A stretch of 62,673 nucleotides of DNA, the filler included. It is 10 parts of 10 records of this genome, joined end to end, with 100 filler letters (N's around TTAATTAATTAA, not from the genome) between each part and the next. Parts side by side here need not be neighbours in the genome. Positions count along the whole stretch, not along the records: positions 41,393 to 44,979 come from SRR7504441_2551; positions 45,080 to 50,311 come from SRR7504441_2553; positions 50,412 to 53,424 come from SRR7504441_2554; positions 53,525 to 58,924 come from SRR7504441_2555; 6 more parts are not named here. One strand, written 5' to 3'. Positions within the stretch are counted from its first letter, which is position 1, and each line of letters starts with the position of its first letter. Shown here piece by piece: positions 42,829 to 53,714 of the stretch. The position numbers were made by a program, and so were the translations under genes. The notes under the pieces were generated by a model, which saw nothing but the letters and a program-made list of their open reading frames with translations, ran no database searches and had not been told where the DNA came from.

Positions 42829-44416
42829 TTACTGATCAACCTTGGCGGCTTCCTCCTCGGCCTCTTTGCCGGCCTCAACGTCAGCCTTCTCCCCAGCCTC
42901 GTCAGGCTTCTCGACAACCGCCGCCTCCTCTGCTGGCTCTTCTACAGCCTCTTCTTTGGCCGCAGCCTCTTCGGGGGCATTGGCATCAGCCTTCTCTGCA
43001 GCCTCCTCCTCTTTGACCTCCTCCGCCTCCTCGTCACCATCGGCATCCTCGTCAGCAGCATCCTCGTCAGCGTCCTCATCAGCATCGGCGTCCTCGTCAG
43101 CATCCTCATCGGCATCGGCATCCTCGTCACCCTCGTCAGCGTCCTCGTCAGCATCCTCGTCCTCCTCATCAGCCTCATCCTCCTCATCGTCCTCGGCCTT
43201 TTTGGCCGGCTTCTTGGTCGCCCCCGGGGCCTCCTCCTTCAGCTTTGCCACCCTTGCTTTGTCAGCAGCAGCCAGTTCCTCGTATTTCTTCTTTTCTTCC
43301 TCGTCCACCTCTTTCCACTTGGCTGCCAGCAGCTTCATCATCTCGGGCGCCGAGGCCTCCGGATTGGCCGCCTTGACCTCGGGCCGCGCCGCCTCCTGGA
43401 AGAATATGTATGCCGACTTGGCCCTGGGAACCCCGAATCGCTACAAGCCCAGCCTGGGGCCCACCTGAGCGATTTCTGCTTCTTAGGCTTGGCGGCCCGG
43501 CGGGCGGCCGGCTTCTTGGCTGGCTTCTCTTCCTCGGCCGCCTCGATCTTCCGCAGCTCTGCCTGCAGTTTCTTTATCTCAGCGCGGATCGCTGCCGCCC
43601 TAGATCCGGACTTGGAGCCGGATTTCTTGCTCGGCGTGGCCTTGCTCGGAGTGCCCGACGCCTTGCGCTTCCTGCGCCACAATCACCCACTGGCGGGCGG
43701 GAGCAGGGTGCGCACGTTGCTGGGGCCGACTTGTGCTGGATGGTCGGCTTAGCGAGGAAGTCGGTCAATCGATCGACCTGGACTCGACCTGCGGCCTGGC
43801 CCGGGCCGGTCGAGCACCTTCTGATCGACAGAGCCGGTGCGGTCTTTCACGTCCAGGATCGACAGGATCTCCGACAGGTCTTTCCCCCCGAGCTTGGATA
43901 CGCGCTCCTTCAGCGTGTCGACAGAGCTGGTACCTGTCCACTCGGTGAGCGGCCCGAGCACCCGACTGGCCACCGCTGAATGTCCGGATCTGCTTCTTCC
44001 GCATCGTCTTGACGCCGTCGGTGTTGTACAGAATCCTGAGAGCGGCGGTGAGCGCCAGCAAGCCGACCCGGCGACCGGTGCAGCTTTTTGAGGATCTGGT
44101 TGCCGGCCTCGATCTTGGAGAGGTTGGCCACAGCGCGGGGCATCTGGCCGATCTCGGTGCCCTTGCCCGGACCCATCTCCCCCTGCCGCGACTTCTTTGC
44201 CGGCGCGCTGCTCATCTGCATGTGCTCGGTTTGGGCTGCGCTTAGGGTCAACACCGCGGCACCGGCCGCCGGCTCACCCCGCTTCCGCTTGCCCGGCTGC
44301 GAGTCCCAGTAGTGGCCGCAGATCTCGTCCGCGTCCTCCTCGTCTTCATCCTCCTCCGCCTCCGGCTCGGGGTTCTCGACCGGCGCCGCTGCAACTTCCT
44401 CGGCTTCCTCGGGCAT
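42829..44416 (-). CDS. DEK-like chromatin protein with HMG box and long acidic tail
   Basis: GKGTEIGQMP...LKKLH..LY...RKKQIRTFSG|W...LSEILSILDV..DFLAKP (DEK central domain); RAKSAYIFFQ..RPEVK..NP...MKLLAAKWKEV.EEEKKKYEE (HMG box). Confidence 0.82.
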
Positions 44417-44458
44417 CGCTCTCTTTTCTAACGGATCTACCGAGCAGCTGCCGAGAGC

Positions 44459-44979
44459 ATGGCTCCCGCCTCTGCAGTGGTGATTTTCTGCCACGGCTCC
44501 GGGGACACCGGGCCGGGCGTGCATGCCTGGCTGCAGCAGCTGGACGGCGGGCGGCTGATATCTCGCCTGGAGGCGGCTAACATCGCGCTGGACACGCCCT
44601 CGGCTCGCCCGATCCCCTACGGGCTGGCCGGCGGCGCAGTGAGCTCGGTCTGGTTTGACCGGCCGATCGGGCTCGAGCCCAGCTGCCCGGAGCACGCACC
44701 GTCGGTGAAGGCCTCGGTCCAGCAGCTGGAAGATCGGGTGGCCAGCTGGCGACGGCAGGGGGTGACCAAGATCGCGATCGGGGGATTCTCCATGGGCGGC
44801 GGGGTGCGGCCTGTGGGGTGGCGGGGTCGGGACGGGCGGGGGCAGATCGGGCTGCAAGCAGGGCTTCGGCTGAGCGGACTGGATGCGGTGTTCGGGATGA
44901 GCTGCTATCTTCCGGAGGATTCGGCGGCCTGGGAGTCGGCGGGGCAGGAGTCGCCGCCGGTGTGGATGGCACACGGCGC
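44459..44979 (+). CDS. LYPLAL1: Lysophospholipase-like 1 / acyl-protein thioesterase, 3'-partial
   Basis: VIFCHGSGDTG, PY....SVWFDR, CPEH, GGFSMGG nucleophile motif and MAHG. Confidence 0.88.
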
Positions 44980-45110
44980 NNNNNNNNNNNNNNNNNNNNN
45001 NNNNNNNNNNNNNNNNNNNNNNNTTAATTAATTAANNNNNNNNNNNNNNNNNNNNNNNNNNNNNNNNNNNNNNNNNNNNGCACACCGACCGGCGCTGACC
45101 TTGTGGGCAG

Positions 45111-45993
45111 GGTCGGGCGGCGATCGGCACCGCTTTCCGCGAGGATAAGACTGCGCGCAAGGTGACGCTGAGCAAGCGTAAAAAGGGGATCTACAAGAAG
45201 TGCCAGGAGCTCTCGCAGCTGTGCGGGGTTGAGATGGCCATCATCTGCGTCGGGGACTACTGCAAGCCGTCCTCGTACGTTACCACCCCGGACGGCCCGC
45301 AAGAGGACCTGCCATCCACCTTCCGGGTCGTCCAGCGCTTCTCGGACGCGATCGGGACCAAACTTCCCGGGGCGCACGCTCAGGCCATTCGGGCTGGGCA
45401 GGAGTCGGCCCAAGAGCTGGCTGGGCTGCGTGAGCCGGCCGGGCCAGGGGAGAGCCGACTGGGCGGGGCAGGTAGGCAGTTCCAACAATCACAGGACGAG
45501 CTGCAGCGATATCGCGCCGCCTTCGGGCCTCTCCCGGGAGGGGAGCCCATGGCTGTGATGCAGCAATGGCCGCCGGCGGTCGCGGCTGCTGACGACATGC
45601 CGCCGATGCCTGCTCCTGCAGTGGCGGTGCCCGCGGTTGCCAGCGGGAGTTTGGCGGGGGAGGGCGCCGGGCTGGGCCGGCTGAGCGGTCGGATGAGTAG
45701 CATGAACATCTCACTTGGCAGCCTGGACCGGATGTCACTGGACGGAGTGCTCGACTCTGACATCCGGCGGATCTCGAACGACGACGACGGCGAGCTGAAC
45801 AACGCCCGGCGCGACCCGCTCAACCAGATCTCCGACGACGAGCTGGCGCTGATGGCGGGATTCAAGCGGACCAGCTCAATGCAGTCCGGGAGGGTCACCC
45901 GCAACACGGAGGTGGGAGCGCCGGGCAGCGGGCAGCTCATCGGTGGGCCAGGAGCTGCTGGTGGCATTTGTGAATGCCGACGATGGAATATAG
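45111..45993 (+). CDS. MADS-box transcription factor (initial ATG exon lost in the gap)
   Basis: (M)|GRAAIGTAFREDKTARKVTLSKRKKGIYKKCQELSQLCGVEMAIIC. Confidence 0.88.
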
Positions 45994-46254
45994 TGATTTA
46001 TGCCTCATGGAATCGTGTGATATGTGACAGTGTGCAATCTTGTTGTACCTAGGGGTACTAGCCTGGAACGAGCTCCGGCAAACGTAGTGATTTTGGCGAA
46101 TTTATTGAAATACTGCGTACATTAGACTCGTACTCGACCTTGATGTGTATCTCAGATTGATTATCCATTTGAATGTTAGAACACATTCTCAAACCGGTTC
46201 ATCCAACGCTTGATTTCGTCGATTCAACATCTTAATATGCATTTACATGCACGT

Positions 46255-47468
46255 CTACGATTTGTTCGTTTTGTACCGGCCCGGGGTGCTAGCCGACTTG
46301 TATTTCCGTGGCTCGGGCGCCGGGCAAACGTGCACGTGCTTGTCCAAATAGTGCTGCAATAGCACAATGCAGTGGCTCGCAAACAGTACATCCCCTCCGA
46401 GAGACACCCTGTGCAGCCGGCCGCCTCTGCGCTCGACCAGCTCGGCCACCGCCGCCTCAGTCTCCTCCGCTAGGCCACGGTCGTCACCGAGCACCGTCAC
46501 CACACAGCGTGGCCCGCTCCCTCTGAGCTCGGCGCACAGCTGCTCGACTGGCTCGGCCTGCTGCGTAGAGTCTAGCAAGACCACTGTGAGCGGGAGCTCC
46601 GGGCTGCTCCCGGCCGCACAGTTGAGCGCGGCCATCACGCCTCCAGGGTGCAGGGCCAACCCTCGCTGCTCCGGCGATGACCAGCCGGCCTTGGGGTCCC
46701 ACAGGCTGGCTGAGGCCACCCGCTGGGCAAGGTGCGCCTCGTCTGGCCGCAAGTCTCGCACCAGCGCTCCGTCCACCTGCCCGCGCCGCTTAGCCGAGGC
46801 TGGCCTCATGTATCAGGTACCTCCACAAAGTGGTCTGAGGCGCCAAAGCAAAGCAGCAGCTGAGTGTTCCTGCGGAGCGACTGGCTACGGAACAGCCCAG
46901 CGCTCAGGCAGCGCAGCCCGACGTCCACGCGGCCCTGCGCCCGGAGCCCTTCGCCCGGAGCGAACTGGTGGCTGGCCCGCCGGAGCGGCACCACGAAGTG
47001 CCGGGGGAAGCACCCGGCCGAAGGGCACAGGATCATCCGCTCGCCCGGCGCATCCCCAAAGCTGCACTGCTTGGCCGCGTGCCCCGCCCGGTAGCAATGC
47101 CGGCATACCTCCACCGGGCGCGGCTTGGCGTAGCTGACCGTCAGCCGGCGGTTGTCGAGCCATCGGCCGGTCATGGCCACCGCCTTGGCTGCGGACGCCG
47201 TGGACTCGAACTGAATGTACACGCAGCCGTTGAAGCTGCCGTTGGGGCACTGCCAGTGCAGCTCCTCGATCCGGCCGCACCCGCGGAACGCCCCGTGCAG
47301 CGCCGCCTCCTCCACCAGTAGCGGCAGGTTGCCCACGAACACTCGGGGCCCGGCCGGCCACTCCTGCACCCGCTTCCGCTTCTTGCCCGGCGGTTCCGCG
47401 GCTGGCGCCGACGGCTGACCCCCCACAGCCGCCTGCTGCCGCTCCCGCCGGGCCTTGGTCTGGCCCAT
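46255..47468 (-). CDS. RRM plus CCHC zinc knuckle plus TrmY-like SPOUT RNA methyltransferase; intron 46777-46820
   Basis: VFVGNL (RNP2), GCVYIQF (RNP1), CRHCYRAGHAAKQC, GRVDVGLRCLSAGLFRSQSLRRN, VRDLRPDE, VLGDDRGL and VSLGGDVLFASHCIVLLQHYLD. Confidence 0.82.
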
Positions 47469-47526
47469 GCTTGCTTGCCGTTGGGCTGGCAGCGTTACGC
47501 GGCTGCTTGCGCCCGAGCAGCTGCTG

Positions 47527-50189
47527 ATGAGCCAAGAGCCGTCTGCGTTCCTGACCGAGACCGTCAGCATGCAGGGCCGGATGCAGACGCTCAACGAGTG
47601 GCGGGCCAGCGAGGCCGGGCAAGCCTTCAGCTCCTGCATAGTGCCGGTGCCCAAGGTGGAGCACCCGGAGCCCGTGTATGAAGAGCCCTCGTTCGTGGAC
47701 AAGCTGCTTGGCCGGGATGGGCCCGAGTCGGCCGGGCCCGGGACGGGAGGAGTGGGGCCGGGGTTCGACCCGAACCGGGAGGAGGATGATAACTCGGTCA
47801 ATTTCGAGACTTTCAAGGTGTTCATGGGGGCGAGCGGGGATGCCGGCCGGGGCGGGAAGCGCCGGGGCAAGTCCGGGGAGGGATCCAAAGACGAGGAGAT
47901 GCTCAACCTGTTCAAGATGTTCGACAAAGACAGGACCGGGCTGGTGACGCTAAAGAACCTGCGCGAGGTCGCCGGGGGCCGGGGCCGGGCGAACGGCTGG
48001 CAGGTATCGGCGGAGATGGGGACGGTGATGTCGGAGAAAGAGCTAGCCGGGATGATTCAGAACGCCAAGCAAGTCAAGAGGGGAGGCGTCCGGATGATGC
48101 GAGGCAAAGGCAGCCGTGATCCGTGCCGGCCGGCTGAGCAGCTGGCAGGCGAGCGGGCGGCGCCCGGGCAGCGGCAGAAGAGCCAGCAGAGCATGCGCGC
48201 GGGGGACCGCAAGGTAGCGCCTGCTGCGCGCACTGGGCTGACAAGGGCGGCAGCGGGAGAGCAAGCAGAAGAAGCACTCGGACAAGCCAACCAGGGACAA
48301 GTACGAGCAGCTTGGGCTGCCTGATGACCCTTCAATCCCCACGAGCACAATAAAGCAGCAATGTGCCGGCACGAACCGGGTCGGCTGAGCCCCTACGGAC
48401 AGATCTGGATAAGGAAATGCAGTTCGAGCACGCCCGAGCCCAAGCCAAGACCAGCTCAAGCCACCAGAGCGAGTTTGATAAAGTCACAGCCGGTGCCCGC
48501 CGCCATCGCCGGCCGCCCGAGCCCAGCGCAGCTTACAAGACGCTAACTGACCCTGAGGCCAAGCTGCTGTACGACTCGGCGCGCGAGCCTGTGGCAATCA
48601 AGCTCCCTGGACTGTCTGACGAATTCTTCTCGGCGTACGGCACACTGTTTGAACAGAATGCACGGTACTCGATCCAGCCAGACGCACCACTGCTTGGTGG
48701 CCCGGAGGCGCCCAAGGAGCAGGTGGAGCGGTTCTACCAGTTCTGGTCCGGGTTTAAATCGTGGCGTGACTTTGGGTTTGTGACCAAGGGCACCGAGTCG
48801 ACCGCTGAGCTCTCGCGCGAGGAGAGGCGATATCTGGAAAAGGAATCACGGAAGGAGAGCGAGCGGCTCAAGAGAGAAGAGAGCCAGCTGTTGGCCAGGC
48901 TTGTACAACAGGCTGCACGGTGCGCGCCCGCGGCGGTGGCGGTCGAGCCCAGTGCAGGCTGGACCCTAGGCTCAATACTGAAGAGGAACTGGAGACAGCT
49001 CTCGCGGAGATGAGAGCCGAGTGCCCTCCGACCGGCGGGCTGCAGAAGCTGCGCAACCGGACCCGTTCGGCGCTGGCCGGTGTGCTGAGTGGCTTGATGG
49101 CAAGGGTGAGCGTGTGTGGTGCAGCGCTCAAGCTTGAGAGCGACCGGTGCTGGGAGATAGTGGACCTCATGCTCGAGGCGATGGGAGACGACCTACACGA
49201 GGGCTTGATCAGCAAGCTCGAGAAGAACAAGCATACCCCAGCCCAGGCCGAGGCCGTACTCATAAACCTGCTCAGCCAGCCGGGCCGGAAGAAGGTCAAG
49301 GCAAAGGTTCAGAACATCCTCAATCGGCCAGCACCTGCGGCCAGCCCTCCGCCCCAGCCCAAGCAAGCCGATGCCAAGAAGACGGCCCGCTCCAAGAAGG
49401 GATCCCGTGCCAAGAACAAGCCGCCCCCGCCCTCGCGCTCGCTTAAACTCGAGTCTAGCGACGACGAGCCGCAGGCGAGCAGCGGCAAGCCGTTAGCCAG
49501 CTCTTCGAGCGACGAAGAGGTGGAGCAGCTGGTGGCAATAAACGAGCTGAAGCGGCGGCTGTTGGGGCTCCAGACCGAGCTGGAGGCGGCCAAGCAGCGT
49601 GACGACTTTGAGAGCTGCATCCGGATTCGGGACAAGATCAAGGAGGTGGAGCAGGAGCTGGCCGCGACTGCAATCAGCACGAGTGAACAGGGCGGTGCCG
49701 GCAACTTCCGGGCGCAGCTCAATCAGAAGCTCGTGCTCCTGCAAGAGCAACTGGCCCAGGCGCACCGGTGAGCCCAGTGTTCGTAATCGCCTGCTGATTG
49801 GTGGCAGGCGCGGCGGGTCACCCGGGTTGCTGATGAGTGAAGTGGACCAGCAAGAGCGAGCTGTCCTCGCGCAGATCCGGTCGGAGCAAGCGTCGGTGCT
49901 CCAGCAGATGGAGACCAAGGCCGGGATTGCACGAGCCGAGGTGGCGTCAATCCCAGCCGCTCTCGCCCAGCTGCAGGGCCTTCTCGCCGCCTCAGACGAG
50001 GCTGGGGTCTCCGAGGTGGAGTGTGCTGCCCGGTCGCGCTGATGCTAGGGGCAGATACACAAGGAGGCTGAGAGGAACGGAGTGCGAGTGATCGACCGGC
50101 TCAGGGCATGCCAACCGATGGAGGCCAAGTTTGGGTTCGACGCTATCGTGCATTCGGCCACACAATGGTGTAGTTCTCAGCGCGTATGA
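47527..50189 (+). CDS. Zuotin/DNAJC2-like protein with centrin-like EF-hands, HPD-less J-like domain and UVR-like coil; multi-exon
   Basis: LFKMFDKDRTGLVTLKNLRE|VSAEMG; AYKTLTDPEAKLLYDS; FEQNARYS..PLLG...VERFYQFWSGFKSWRDF...REERRYLEKE; AKQRDDFESCIRIRDKIKE. Confidence 0.78.
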
Positions 50190-50411
50190 ACGGATGGATT
50201 ACAGTAATGCTCAAGCAGACTACTCGTATATAGCGCGTACAAGCGGACTGATGTCAAGTGTGAGCTGCTTCGAGTTCCGTTGACAGTTGATGTCTTGGCG
50301 TACTTGACGGTNNNNNNNNNNNNNNNNNNNNNNNNNNNNNNNNNNNNNNNNNNNNTTAATTAATTAANNNNNNNNNNNNNNNNNNNNNNNNNNNNNNNNN
50401 NNNNNNNNNNN

Positions 50412-53400
50412 ACAGCCGTTACTTTGCTTTTGAACGCTGTCAGAACATTCCACGCATACACAGACATGTCCACAAGGGATGGAGGCACAATTTGCGAGCC
50501 TCTCAAAGCATACTATACACATCTCGGCGTCACTTGCTTCTGATGTATCCTCTGTTAGGTTATTCGTATTGTCAAGTCGGCAGTCTGCACTGGCCAGCTC
50601 TCGAGCCAGCTGAGCAAAGGAAGGGCGGTCCTACACTCACTTATCAGCACCAGCCGCACCAGCCACATGTTACCTGGGCGCGCTTTGTCCAGCACCTCGA
50701 CATGATCCCCTGAACTTGCGGAGGACATACCGGCGGGTCCAAAGTTTCTCCACTACAGATGCGCTTGGCTACTTCAGAATCATCGAGAACAAACCCGAAA
50801 GGCAGCTGGCTCAGTGACCAAATCTCCCACAACACCTAAGCAACCACCGGATGAATCAGGCAGCTAGAGTTCAGGCACGAACCACTCCAAACGTGTAAAC
50901 ATCGGTTTTGTGAGTCCATCGCCGCTTTTGAATTGTTTCCGGCGCCATCCACCTCACATTGGCAGTGTTTGATACGTCATTAGCAGGCTCTATCAGCTTG
51001 ATCCTAAGTGTTGCAGCACTGGAAGGAGACCAGCCATGGACCAGACACGACCTGCAACCGATCGGGTGGCTCAGCTTGAGCTACCATGCCAGAGGCACCT
51101 CGCTGCTAGGTCTCCATGCACAACCCCTGCCTTCTCTAGTTGGAGGCACGCTTCACAAATCTGAAGCGCAGCTGCAAGCAGCACCTCTTGTGCCACTTCC
51201 ACACCATTCACATCGCAGTCATCAAGAATTTCATGAAGCGTCAACGCCAGCCCCGGCGGGAAGCTCTGTCCACCACGCGCAGGTGCAGCTTCGAGGAATC
51301 CTGTCTGTTCGAATGAAACAGATTCCACATGTGGCTCTGAGTGGAATATCTGCGCTGCAGCAGGCTGTGGCTCTGCTTTGGGCCACTCTTTGGACATTGT
51401 TGCTGCAGCTTTGCTCCACTTGGGCATGCCAGCTTTGAGGGTATCCACGCCTGTGGGCTCCTCCATAGAGGCAGCCTGTGGCAAGACAGAGCCTGACTCG
51501 AGCGAAGATGAAGCAGCCGAGTCACGGCGTGGCTGGGTATGGTTTGAGTGCTTTTCGTACAACTCAAATGCGTTAATTACCCGGCGCACCTGATCCGCAC
51601 TCAGCTGAGTGGTTTTGTTGAGCCGGAATGAGAGCCCACGAGTGAGCAGCTCCTCGACTGCGGGTTGGTATTGCTGGTGGACTCGAAACTTACACTGCGC
51701 TGGGAAGCGCCCACCCCACGCCGAATCGCACATCCCAACCTGCCCATCCGAGGCCGCGACATACACCTGGCGACCCGTGTCAGATCGACATGGTCAACCC
51801 AGCATCCTCACCCCTCTCACCACCCGACTTGCCATGTTGTACAAGAAGAGCGCTGTTCGGTGGGCCCGTATCAAAGCCACATCTTCTGAGAACTTGTATG
51901 GGAGCCCAAAGAGCTTCCTGTCAATGCACTCTTGCTCCCTGACAGCAGCCAAGCTTTACTCAAGCAGCACAGCTAAAAGCCCCACTCACGTTTCATCGTT
52001 ACAAAGGAAAACAAACCCCATGTCAAACTGTGCTGATGATCTTGTAACCTCTTGCTGAGATCGGGATACCGTTGAATTTCGGTTCACTTTAGCTACAGTG
52101 ACCCAGCCACTCTGGCCAGCCGCAGGCTGGGGAGATGCAGGCATAGCGCTCGGCGGTGGACGTTGTGAGCTTGAAGCCTCGGCCGAAAACATCGCCGAAA
52201 GCTGTCTGGCCATCTTTTCATCTTCTGCCAATTGGTCGCACAGCTCGCTTTCCTTGGCCCCAGACGCCCTCTGCTCGGCTGCGGGTAGCGCAGGCTCTTC
52301 ATTTTCCAGCTGCTCAAGCGGTTCCGCCTCCTGCTCTTCTGCCTCTTGCTCGTCCATCTCTTGCTTCTTTCCCTTCTTCTTCTTCTTCTTCTTTTTGTTC
52401 TTCTGCTTGTTGGCCGCCTCCTCCTCCTCGGCTAGTAGAGCCGCTGCCATCTCATCAGCTTTCAGACATGCTGCTTCGTGCTTCTTTTTCTTCTCAGCCT
52501 CTTCGCGCTGCTGGGCCCGCAGCTGCTTGTCAAATGACTCCACAGCATACTCTGGGAGTCGCAGCTGCACCGATTCAGTACATTTACATCCCTCCGCGCG
52601 AAAGGTGGTGGAGGCAATCTTGTGCCGGTCTGTCCCTGGGATGCTGAATTTGAGTGCAGTGTGACAGACCGGACAAGATCCACGGCCCTTCCGAGAGAGG
52701 TTGATCTCGGCTTGTTCAAGGTTATATTGGTGCACTAGCCCGTCTATCACGTAGCCTCCCCTGGGAGGCATTTCAATAAACCCTTCGCACTCTGGGCAGC
52801 AGAATGTGAATCCTGATGCATAAGTGGGCGGAATCGGGAAGGACAGGGCTGATTCACAGAATGGGCAACCTACGTTCCCCTGGCCTGTCACGTGGTTGAG
52901 CAAACCCCTCACTGGCGGCTCGGAATAGCAGTCAGGCTGCCCCGCCAACCACTCGTCAGTGACTAGGTCCAGCGGTCCCTCCAGTGTGTATCCCTCGGCG
53001 CTGGCCTGCCAACGGTCGAGTAGATCGTACGGGTTGGCGATTGACGTCTTGCGAAGTCTGTTTGACTCCATAGGCAGGGTGACTCGTCCCGCGCAGCACC
53101 CGGGGTTCGAGCAGCACCCGGGGTTGTAGTTGACTGTCACCATCATCAAATCCCAATCCAGCTCCTCCTCCACCACGGTACCCTTCATCCAGTTGCCGCT
53201 GCCGTCAACATCAACTTCAAGGGACAAGGTCACAAAGTCCGTTAACCCAGGCCTGCACAGACACCGGCTCAGTCGACCTCCAGCGCCTTATGCAATACTT
53301 GAGATATTTCTTCCGGTGCGTTCGGAGTGGCGCCATCCTGTCCGTATCCGAGCGCAGGATCCATTCAGCTCCAGCTTCGATCAGCCTTTCCTCTTCAGTC

Positions 53401-53424
53401 AAGTCCGCCTCTCGCCGAAGGTCG
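50412..53424 (-). CDS. Multidomain protein: CxxC zinc ribbons, coiled coil, DCD domain, tyrosine-kinase-like pseudokinase C-lobe, C3HC4 RING; both ends truncated
   Basis: GFVFLCNDET|EQECIDRKLFGLP...ALFLYN...AW.GRFPAQ (DCD); HGDLAAR|S, VRWMAPE, KTDVYTFGV|VLWEIWS, CW....DRPSF; CIVCFER...IPCGHVCVCVEC. Confidence 0.82.
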
Positions 53425-53714
53425 NNNNNNNNNNNNNNNNNNNNNNNNNNNNNNNNNNNNNNNNNNNNTTAATTAATTAANNNNNNNNNNNNNNNNNNNN
53501 NNNNNNNNNNNNNNNNNNNNNNNNTTAGGCTCACCTCATTACAGCACATGGTAAAGGACCACAAACCGCCAATTCAAAATTATTGTTCTTAATTAATACG
53601 AGTACTATAAGTATCGCGTAAGTATCGCGATCGCCTGAACCGCTTGCACTAGCGCCGCGTCGAACATTAATTATTGCATACGAGTAGTCGGCTAGTGTCA
53701 TGGAGCAATGTATC

